Shown one piece after another: positions 16,198-24,000 of a stretch of 24,000 nt of DNA (positions are counted from its first letter, which is position 1; every line of letters begins with the position of its first letter). The notes below the pieces were generated by a model, which was not told the DNA's origin, searched no databases, and saw only the letters and a list, made by a program, of their open reading frames with translations. Location: NCBI GenBank assembly GCA_030425285.1, contig JAUIAY010000001.1:396963-420962 (forward strand), in the 5' to 3' direction. Both the position numbers and the translations under genes were made by a program. This DNA comes from Bacteroidia bacterium. Its GTDB lineage: Bacteria; Bacteroidota; Bacteroidia; Flavobacteriales; Flavobacteriaceae.

Positions 16198-19100
16198 ATG
16201 TTAAAGAAATACTCCCTCGTATTAATAGCGTTTTTATGCCTAACCGTAACCGGTTTTGGGCAGGTTACCATTGGCATTCAAGATTTCGAAACATCTCCAG
16301 CCACTCCAACAATGACATATACAGGTGGTTCTATTGCTACTGGCACTGGGCCATTTCCTACAGACAATAACTTTGTCAGTGGTTCTCGTGCGATAGAAGT
16401 TAATAATGGAACAGAAACGGTTACTTTTTCAAGCGTTGATGCTTCAACATACACGAATGTTTACTTTACATGTCGATTAGCCTCTTTTGCAGGAACTAGT
16501 GGAAATGGAGCAGATGGCAGTGATGAAGTTTACGTAGAAATTAGTACCGATGGAGGTTCTACATGGTCAGAAGAATTAGAAGTACAAGGAAACGCTAATG
16601 CCAAATGGTCGTTTGACACTGGAACCGCAACTGCCTCAACAACTTATGATGGCAATAATTCAGCATCAGTTTTTACTCCTTCAGGCGGTGGCTACAGAAC
16701 TACAGATGGTTATAGTACTATCATTGTTGATGGTTTACCTTCTGTAAACAATCTAAGGGTTAGATTAGTAATGAATAACAATTCAGGTAATGAATACTGG
16801 ATTGTAGATGATGCCGAAATTTTAGGGACACTTGCTACGACCAATACTATAGTAGCATTTTCATCAGCAACTTCTACAGTTACAGAAGACGGATTGTTTT
16901 TTGATGTTTGTGTAGATATTACAAATGAAGATAGCACCGCAACTACTGTACAATTAACACTCGATGGGGCAAGTACAGCTACAAATGGCACTGACTACGA
17001 TGATGGTGCAGGTACACCTGCTGCCATTACTTTTCCTCAAACATTAACATTCCCTGCAAATAGTAGTGCAAGTCAATGTTTTACATTTTATATTTCTAAC
17101 GACGATGCTATTATTGAAGGTAATGAAACCGTTGTTCTTAACTTAATAAACCCTTCTGGAGGAGATGCTGCGGCATTAGGTGGCATTACGCAACATACGG
17201 TTACTATTACAGATAATGATTTAAATGACATTTGTACATTAGCAATTCCTCTTACAGCAACTACAACTTGTAGTTATCAAACATTTAGTAACGTAGGGGC
17301 TACAGATAGTGGCACAGGAAACCCTGGTTGTTCATCTTTGGGACCTGATGTATGGTTTTCTGTAGTTGTCCCCTCAACTGGAGAAATAACAATAGATACT
17401 GACAATATCGATTTTACAGATAGTGGTATGGCATTGTATTCTGGTAGTTGTGGCAGTTTATCTCTTATTGAATGTGATGATGATGATAGCCCAAACGGTA
17501 ATATGTCATTAATTTCAAGAAACGATTTAACACCTGGAGATACAGTTTATATTAGAGTTTGGGAATATGGAGGAGGAACTGAAGGCACTTTTGATATTTG
17601 TGTTACAACACCAACGCCTTGTACGGCACCAACCAATCAACCAACAGGTTTAACTTTAAGTAATATAACAGGCTCGTCAATTGATGGTTCGTTTTCAGCC
17701 ACTACAGCCGATGAATATTTGGTTGTTGTAAGTACCTCTTCAACTTTAGGAGCAAATCCAGTAGATGGTGTAACCTATAACAATGGTGATACTATTGGTA
17801 GTGGTACTGTGGTACAAAGTTCTAATGCTACAACATTTACTGCAACAGGTTTATCGCAAACAACACAATATTACTTTTTTGTATTTGCTTATAACGATAG
17901 TAGTTGTGCAGGAGGACCAGCTTATAATACGACAACCCCTTTAACTGGTGATGAAACCACGATTACTGGGCCGTGTTTAAGTGAATTAAATTTTACATCA
18001 ACACCTTCAGGCTGGATAGAAACAAATATTACTTATGCATCTACCGAAGCAAATTTTGCGTCAACTACAGGTGAGTTAACAACATTAACAATATCTAATC
18101 CAAGCTCATTAACGTTTGACTTAAGAAGAACAAATAACAGTAATGCCAAAAACCTATTAATTGAAGTTTCAACTACAACACAAGGTGGTACATTCACTAC
18201 TATAAATACATTTAATCACGGGAATACAACTGCTGGAGGGACTACCAATTGTACCGTTGATTTATCTGCATACACATCATTTTCAACAGTATTTATAAAA
18301 TTCCGAAAGACTTCATCTACGACTTCTCCTTGGTATTTAAAAAATGTAGAAGTGTATTGTGGGTCTCCAACCCCTGCCCCTGAAATAGATTTAAAACAAG
18401 GAACTACAAGTTATGCTACAACTACACTACCAACAGGTAGTGATACTTTTGATTTTGGAAATCATTTAATAGGTACAAATACAGACATTCAATTTACTAT
18501 TGAAAATACAGGTGATGACGATTTAACTTTAAGTGCGCCTGTTATTTCTGGTACTGGATTTAGCTTACAAACAGGATTAAGTTCTACACTTGTTTCTGGG
18601 CCTTCTGGAACTTCAACATTTACCGTGCGATTTACCCCAAATGCTTTAGGAGCATTTTCGGGTACTATAAGTATTCCTAATAACGATGATGACGAAGACC
18701 CTTATGTTATCAACATTGTTGGGAATGGAACGAATAGTAATCTGTCAAGCATTGTAGATAACACCAATTATAGCACAACATCTCCAGAATTTAATAGTAA
18801 TACTGAGTACATTAACTTTATAGATGGCTCTGCCGCTTCAACAGGGAAGTATATTCCTATGAAATTAAGAATACTGGATGGACCAGACGCTGATGGTTTC
18901 GACACAAGCTTAACTGACATTTCGTTTACGGTTGAAGACTTGTCCAATACTAGTCAATTGTCAATGATAAAAACCGCCATTTTAACAACTGTTGGTGGCA
19001 CCCCTCTAGCTACAGCTACTAAAGTTGGAAATGAGTTGGTGTTTTCTGGAATGAACAGTGCTTTTTTAACTGCGACTGACGATGACTCCAATGGACAAAT

Positions 19101-22100
19101 ATTTCATTTGAGAGTATCTTTTGATGAGACACAAGTAATTGATAGAACAAAGTTGGTGTTTAAAGTTTCATCGGCATCAGCAGACCCTAGCGGCTCATCA
19201 TTTTCTGACACAGATGCTGGTGGCGCAGAAACCGATACCGGCAACAATAATAGAAACCGTTTAAATGTCACCGCAGATAGATTGACATTTACAGTACAAC
19301 CATCAGACACCTCTGTAAGTATAAACATGTCTCCGTCTCCTATAGTAAGCTTAACAGATTTATATGGAAACACCGATATTGATATTACATCGGGCACTAT
19401 AACCATTACTTCAACTGGTACGCCAAATGCACAACCATCTGGAACAATTTTTAATGGTCAAGCCATTTTTAATTCTATTAATCATTCGGCACCTGGAACA
19501 GGTTTAGAGTTGATAGCTAGTTTTTCAGGTTGGAACGTAACGAGTAACTTGTTTAATGTTAGTAATACGGCAAATGGCAGTTATAGAACAACTGGTTCAG
19601 GAAACTGGTTGAACAACCAGGCTACGCCTGCTATTTGGGAACGATTTAATGGGTCTGCATGGGTAACTTCAAATTCACCAAGTTATAACACCTCCAATAT
19701 TATTTATATTAGACATACAATAAATTCAAATGGCTCATTTGGGAATAATGTGGAAATTATTGTAGAAAATAGTGGTTTTTTTGATTGTAGACACTCTGCG
19801 ACTTCAGCAAATATAACAGTAAATACTGGCGGAACTTTTGATGTTGATGGCGCATTGACAAATACTGGTTATTTAGAAGTTCATGATGGTGGAACACTAA
19901 TCCTAAATCATGCCTATGGAAACGGATCTGAAACCATACTTTCACTTTGGGATGGAACAGAAATTTTTCACCCCAATTCAAATTTAGTTTTAGAATTCTA
20001 TGATACTGAAGACGATTATCTGATCCCCAATAATACCGTTATATCTTCAAATACCTATGATGGATATACGGCTGTATTTGGGAATGTTATTATTGATTTT
20101 GGAAACAACTTATCATCTGGAGATGATTTTAATATGCTAAAAAATGGTGTAACTATTAATATGGCTCATGGTGATTTGATATTTAGAAGTCAAGAGGTTT
20201 CTGGTGCAGATATGCGATTATCGTCTACAGGAACGGTTACCTCTGGTATAGGTGGTAACTTTATTGTTGAAAATGGATATACTGGCACCCAGCTCATACA
20301 TTTGAAAACGTCTGGCACATTAAATTTTACCGTTAAAGGCAATATGGAGTTAAATGCTGCAACCACTCGTATAGCTGCTGGATCTAACCCAAACTCTACT
20401 CTCAACATTGAAGGTAATATTGATATCACACCTAGTGCTGTGCTTCAGTTTAATTCAACCATTTCTGCTTCTGCTAATGCTATCATAAACCTATATGGTG
20501 ATATTACCGTTGCCGGTAGCGGACTACTTTACAATACCAACAGTAGTAATCATGGGCAATTAAATTTTGTTGCTGTAGGTGATGGCTTAACCGATGCCAC
20601 TACACAAACTATAGATATAGCTTCAACAAGCTCCAATGAAAACAAATACATTAATTTCTATGTAAAAAATGGTGCTTATGTCAAGCTAATTAATCAAGAT
20701 TTGGAATTAGGAACCGATAGTGGTGTTATTGTTGAAAATGGCGGTACACTAGATTTTGGTTTTGATGGTTCAACAGCATTAAATGTAGGTATATCTGGAT
20801 CCCAAACTGGGTCTGTTTTTTCTTCACAATCTGGAAGTTCTTTAGTTATTACTTCACCTGATGGCATCAATACAACAGGATATTTAGGTAATGTACAAAC
20901 ATTGCCTTCAGGTAGAACCTTTAACCAAACTGCAAACTTTTACTATGTTGGCAAAGAAAATCAAGTAACTGGAAATGCCCTAACAGTTGGGTCTTCGGTA
21001 AAAAATGTGTATGCAATTCTAGATAATGATAATGTCGAATTACGCCTTACCAATAGAACAGGCATATCTGATGGTGGGAAATTAGAAATACAACAAGGCA
21101 TTGTTATAGGTGAAGAAGCTGGAGGAAATGACAACGATTTTTACGGCCCAGACGGACAACTTATTATGACAGGAGGTGAATATCGTATAAGTACTATTAC
21201 GGCCAACCCACTTACTGACTATCTGCCACAATTACGAAAATACAGTAGTTATTCTTTAACTGGTGGAACTGTACATCTAAATGGGGATAATGAGATACAG
21301 ATTTTGTCTGGAACGCCTAACTACTTTAATTTAGCTTTTAGTGGGACAAATACCTTGGCTCAAGGCCCTCCTTTACCTCCTTTACCATATAATTACAAGG
21401 GCATTAGTATTGCCACTTCAATAGCAAATAATGTAACCATTTCTGAAAACGCTATAGTAGATGTTGAAAATAAAACTTTTGGAGGTAATACAACAAATTT
21501 AATAATGGAAGATAATTCTCGATATGTCACTGCTGGAACAGGAACAAAACCTGATGCTACTGGAACATATTCTCTTGGTCCAGACACTACTATTGAATTT
21601 AATAATAATGGAGGCTTTGAATCCATTAGATTAACAAACCCTGTTCCTGCGTATGCCAATATTGTTGTTTCAGGAGATAATGTTGGTACAATTGCTGATG
21701 GTTCTGGCCCAAATTCATTTATTCAATTTCAAGCTAATGGTACTTTTACTGTAACAGAAACAGGAATATTTAAACAATCAAACACAAATGGCTTTTCTGG
21801 TTTGTCCAATACATCAATAAGTAATGTAAATAACCCTTCAATCACATTGCTTGATGAATCCACTGTTGAATATCAAGGAGCAAACCAAACCATTTCAGAG
21901 TTTACACCCGAATATAAAAATGTTACCATTTCTGGTACAGGAATAAAGACTTTGGGACATGCAACGGATATATTGGTTGGTGAAGATCTAAACATTAACT
22001 CAAGTGTCTTGTTTGTTGATAGCAATGAAGCCATAACGGTCGATGAAGGTGTAAAAGTAACTGGCGGTAATTTTAACATTGAAGATTCTGGTAGTTTAAT

Positions 22101-23538
22101 CCAAATAAATGAAACAGATACCAATAGTGGTGCCATATCAATGAAACGTAATACTAATGTTAGACGTTTAGATTATGTGTATTGGTCGTCACCTGTTGAG
22201 AATTTTGATATTAATACTATTTACGACTCGCAAACACCAACAGGTTATATTTATGAGTGGAACACAACAATAGCAAACCCTAATGGTGGGCAAGGCAATT
22301 GGGTAACTCCTTCTAATTCAACTATGCAAAGAGGGAAAGGATATATTGTTAGAGGTCCAAATGACCATGACGAAACAGCAACAATAGAAGAGGCTATTTT
22401 TAACACAGGTAAACCTTTTAATGGTGAATTTACTGTTAATGTATATCGTGGAGACAATCCCGTTGGTTTTGACTCAGATGATGATGATTGGAATTTATTA
22501 GGTAACCCTTATCCTTCTGCTATTGATGCATATTTATTTTTAACCAATCTCACCAATAGGACAGCCATAGATGGGTTTGTTAATTTATGGACACATGGCA
22601 CCCTACCAAATTCTGGTTATTCTGACCCTTTTTATGATGATTTTGGTTCAAATTATACAGCTTCAGACTATATTACCTATAATGGTTTAGGTTCTACTGC
22701 AGGTATTGGTGATCTTTATATTGGTGCAGGACAAAGCTTTATGGTCAATATGAATGATGGACCGTCTGCAGCATCGTTACCTGTAGAATTTAAGAATGAT
22801 ATGCGTCGTAAAGATTTTGATAATTCTCAATTTTATAGAAATTCAAATACTCGTAACCAAAATAAACATCGTATTTGGTTAGATTTTGTATCAGATGTTC
22901 AACCAACAAATCGAATTTTAGTTGGCTATGCAGAAGCTGCAACTAATGAAAGAGACCGTATGTACGATGCAATAACCGACAATCAAGCATTTTACTCTTT
23001 AATTGGAGATAAGAGGTTTGTAATTCAGGGAAAAGGTCTACCTTTTAACGATTATGATGTTATTCCTCTTGGTGTTAAAATTAATGCACAAGGAAATCAT
23101 TATATTGCTTTAGCTGAAACCGATGGCTTATTTGAAATAGGTGATCAAATTATATATATAAGAGACAACGAATCTGGTTATATTCATAATCTAATTGATT
23201 CTCCATATTCTTTCAACTCTGTTGCGGGAACTTTCAACAACCGCTTTGAAATTGTGTTTAGAACAAATGCATTATCGGTTGATGAAGTAGTTGTTGATTC
23301 AAATACCGTGAGCATTATAGAATTGGATAGTGATCTTGTTAAGTTTACTGTTCATTCTAATCAAATTACTATTCGTGAGGTTGAAATTATTGATTTAACT
23401 GGTAGAACCGTTTATAATTTCAAAGGGGAAAATAATTCTGAAATTTACAATCTCTCAAACTTAAGTAGCTCGGCTTATGTAGCTAAAATAACGTTGTCCA
23501 ATGGTCAAGTAGTTGCTAAAAAAGCTATTAAAAAATAA
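16198..23538 (+). CDS. Giant (2446-aa) T9SS-secreted multidomain surface/adhesin-like protein
   Basis: The signal peptide is 'MLKKYSLVLIAFLCLTVTGFG|Q'. An N-terminal jelly-roll-like domain carries an Asp-box 'STDGGSTW' (nt 16543-16566). A Calx-beta-like domain lies at about nt 16843-17217 ('...TNGTDYDD...NDDAIIEGNETVVLNL...VTITDND'). A Cys-rich domain lies at about 17224-17607, and an FN3-like domain at about 17617-17967. A second N-terminal-like domain lies at about 17971-18360. A choice-of-anchor-D/ASH-like Ig domain lies at about 18376-18726 ('FDFGNHLIGTNTDIQFTIENTGDDDLTLS...FTVRFTP'). The ~860-aa G/N/T-rich region at 19561-22140 is probably a beta-helix. The C-terminal ~80 aa form a type A Por/T9SS sorting domain ('EIIDLTGRTVYNF...YVAKITLSNGQVVAKKAIKK'). 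Confidence 0.85.
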   Translation: MLKKYSLVLIAFLCLTVTGFGQVTIGIQDFETSPATPTMTYTGGSIATGTGPFPTDNNFVSGSRAIEVNNGTETVTFSSVDASTYTNVYFTCRLASFAGTSGNGADGSDEVYVEISTDGGSTWSEELEVQGNANAKWSFDTGTATASTTYDGNNSASVFTPSGGGYRTTDGYSTIIVDGLPSVNNLRVRLVMNNNSGNEYWIVDDAEILGTLATTNTIVAFSSATSTVTEDGLFFDVCVDITNEDSTATTVQLTLDGASTATNGTDYDDGAGTPAAITFPQTLTFPANSSASQCFTFYISNDDAIIEGNETVVLNLINPSGGDAAALGGITQHTVTITDNDLNDICTLAIPLTATTTCSYQTFSNVGATDSGTGNPGCSSLGPDVWFSVVVPSTGEITIDTDNIDFTDSGMALYSGSCGSLSLIECDDDDSPNGNMSLISRNDLTPGDTVYIRVWEYGGGTEGTFDICVTTPTPCTAPTNQPTGLTLSNITGSSIDGSFSATTADEYLVVVSTSSTLGANPVDGVTYNNGDTIGSGTVVQSSNATTFTATGLSQTTQYYFFVFAYNDSSCAGGPAYNTTTPLTGDETTITGPCLSELNFTSTPSGWIETNITYASTEANFASTTGELTTLTISNPSSLTFDLRRTNNSNAKNLLIEVSTTTQGGTFTTINTFNHGNTTAGGTTNCTVDLSAYTSFSTVFIKFRKTSSTTSPWYLKNVEVYCGSPTPAPEIDLKQGTTSYATTTLPTGSDTFDFGNHLIGTNTDIQFTIENTGDDDLTLSAPVISGTGFSLQTGLSSTLVSGPSGTSTFTVRFTPNALGAFSGTISIPNNDDDEDPYVINIVGNGTNSNLSSIVDNTNYSTTSPEFNSNTEYINFIDGSAASTGKYIPMKLRILDGPDADGFDTSLTDISFTVEDLSNTSQLSMIKTAILTTVGGTPLATATKVGNELVFSGMNSAFLTATDDDSNGQIFHLRVSFDETQVIDRTKLVFKVSSASADPSGSSFSDTDAGGAETDTGNNNRNRLNVTADRLTFTVQPSDTSVSINMSPSPIVSLTDLYGNTDIDITSGTITITSTGTPNAQPSGTIFNGQAIFNSINHSAPGTGLELIASFSGWNVTSNLFNVSNTANGSYRTTGSGNWLNNQATPAIWERFNGSAWVTSNSPSYNTSNIIYIRHTINSNGSFGNNVEIIVENSGFFDCRHSATSANITVNTGGTFDVDGALTNTGYLEVHDGGTLILNHAYGNGSETILSLWDGTEIFHPNSNLVLEFYDTEDDYLIPNNTVISSNTYDGYTAVFGNVIIDFGNNLSSGDDFNMLKNGVTINMAHGDLIFRSQEVSGADMRLSSTGTVTSGIGGNFIVENGYTGTQLIHLKTSGTLNFTVKGNMELNAATTRIAAGSNPNSTLNIEGNIDITPSAVLQFNSTISASANAIINLYGDITVAGSGLLYNTNSSNHGQLNFVAVGDGLTDATTQTIDIASTSSNENKYINFYVKNGAYVKLINQDLELGTDSGVIVENGGTLDFGFDGSTALNVGISGSQTGSVFSSQSGSSLVITSPDGINTTGYLGNVQTLPSGRTFNQTANFYYVGKENQVTGNALTVGSSVKNVYAILDNDNVELRLTNRTGISDGGKLEIQQGIVIGEEAGGNDNDFYGPDGQLIMTGGEYRISTITANPLTDYLPQLRKYSSYSLTGGTVHLNGDNEIQILSGTPNYFNLAFSGTNTLAQGPPLPPLPYNYKGISIATSIANNVTISENAIVDVENKTFGGNTTNLIMEDNSRYVTAGTGTKPDATGTYSLGPDTTIEFNNNGGFESIRLTNPVPAYANIVVSGDNVGTIADGSGPNSFIQFQANGTFTVTETGIFKQSNTNGFSGLSNTSISNVNNPSITLLDESTVEYQGANQTISEFTPEYKNVTISGTGIKTLGHATDILVGEDLNINSSVLFVDSNEAITVDEGVKVTGGNFNIEDSGSLIQINETDTNSGAISMKRNTNVRRLDYVYWSSPVENFDINTIYDSQTPTGYIYEWNTTIANPNGGQGNWVTPSNSTMQRGKGYIVRGPNDHDETATIEEAIFNTGKPFNGEFTVNVYRGDNPVGFDSDDDDWNLLGNPYPSAIDAYLFLTNLTNRTAIDGFVNLWTHGTLPNSGYSDPFYDDFGSNYTASDYITYNGLGSTAGIGDLYIGAGQSFMVNMNDGPSAASLPVEFKNDMRRKDFDNSQFYRNSNTRNQNKHRIWLDFVSDVQPTNRILVGYAEAATNERDRMYDAITDNQAFYSLIGDKRFVIQGKGLPFNDYDVIPLGVKINAQGNHYIALAETDGLFEIGDQIIYIRDNESGYIHNLIDSPYSFNSVAGTFNNRFEIVFRTNALSVDEVVVDSNTVSIIELDSDLVKFTVHSNQITIREVEIIDLTGRTVYNFKGENNSEIYNLSNLSSSAYVAKITLSNGQVVAKKAIKK

Positions 23539-23558
23539 TTGTTTTATAAGCTATATTC

Positions 23559-23591
23559 AAAAAAGCCCTCAAGTTTTTGAGGGCTTTTTTT
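23559..23591. terminator. Bidirectional rho-independent terminator between the giant gene (+) and the TonB-dependent receptor gene (-)
   Basis: The sequence is AAAAAAGCCCTCAA-gttt-TTGAGGGCTTTTTTT. The 9-bp GC-containing stem is flanked by an A-run and a T-run, and the T-run overlaps the receptor gene stop. Confidence 0.85.
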
Positions 23592-24000
23592 ATAAAGAAT
23601 AGTTTAAGGACACAATAAAGTTTCTTCCTGGCGAGGCAATTCCTGAAGAATACCTTTTATAGCGTTGATCGGTTATGTTTTCTAATCCCAATGTAATACA
23701 CAGTGAGTTTTTTAATTCATATTGTGTTCGCAAATTTAAGGTATACCAAGAAGGTGAATATGGGTTACCCTTCTCATCTTTGGCATATATGTAGTCCTTT
23801 TCGGCTTCAGAAGGTGCCAATTGATTATTTGACAACTCGCCATTATAATCAATAAAACCATCAATCTTCAAACGATTTTTATTGAAAACAACATGTGTAT
23901 TCCCAAAATTTGGCGCTACATGCCTAACTGGTATTTCAATGCCATGATCTTCTTCCGAGCCTCCTATAATATTATACTGCGATGTGAGTTTGACACTTTT
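23590..24000 (-). CDS. TonB-dependent outer-membrane receptor, C-terminal fragment; the 5' end lies right of the window
   Basis: The minus-strand frame is open from 24000 down to the TAA at 23592-23590, and I translated 23872-24000 by hand without meeting a stop. The C-terminal barrel strands are '...LGLENITDQRYKRYSSGIASPGRNFIVSLNYSL'. The TTG at 23871 in the ORF track is not the real start. Confidence 0.7.
   Translation of the reverse strand, partial: KSVKLTSQYNIIGGSEEDHGIEIPVRHVAPNFGNTHVVFNKNRLKIDGFIDYNGELSNNQLAPSEAEKDYIYAKDEKGNPYSPSWYTLNLRTQYELKNSLCITLGLENITDQRYKRYSSGIASPGRNFIVSLNYSL

Noticed and set aside
21367-21384. A perfect 9-bp tandem duplication CCTCCTTTA x2 encoding 'PPLPPL' in the giant protein.
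   Set aside because: It is in-frame with only two copies, so slippage would not switch the gene off. I treat it as a minor indel scar or linker rather than a phase-variation site.
16710-22457. Eight minus-strand ORFs of 68-100 aa inside the giant gene.
   Set aside because: A 7.3-kb gene with biased codon composition is expected to throw up antisense ORFs. They have no motifs and all are fully nested.

Overview
This is a densely coding, AT-rich chromosomal segment that looks like Bacteroidota/Flavobacteriia. That assignment is an inference from several TAnnTTTG -7 promoter boxes just upstream of genes, the absence of Shine-Dalgarno sequences, a giant protein with a T9SS C-terminal sorting domain, and a stand-alone atpDC operon. 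Gene order, left to right: 3' end of an SGNH hydrolase gene; atpD-atpC; a minus-strand block (FHS-family sugar MFS symporter, two secreted NTF2-like proteins of which one is fused to a DJ-1/PfpI domain, a 7-TM AraC-type regulator, umuD-like, umuC-like); a plus-strand biotin cluster (bioF-bioD-bioA, a FabF/FabB-like ketoacyl synthase, bioB), followed by a JmjC/cupin gene and a small beta-barrel OMP gene; recX (minus); a 2446-aa T9SS-secreted multidomain surface protein; and the 3' end of a TonB-dependent receptor gene (minus). Intergenic gaps are all 169 bp or shorter. I see no rRNA, tRNA, CRISPR array, transposase, integrase or recognisable defence genes, so this looks like core chromosome rather than an accessory island. 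I found no compelling stand-alone novel system. The best candidates for undescribed biology are: (1) a Cys-His-His KAS I/II-type condensing enzyme embedded in the bio operon, with no known pimelate-arm genes nearby; (2) a tightly coupled, inverted-order umuC-umuD operon ending in a membrane-anchored AraC regulator; (3) a five-copy, 11-bp-phased TTCGA(R)A motif array forming competing hairpins between the OMP gene and recX; (4) a tandem pair of secreted NTF2-like proteins, one fused to a DJ-1/Hsp31-like domain. All functional calls come from reading the translated ORFs against remembered family motifs. No database search was run.
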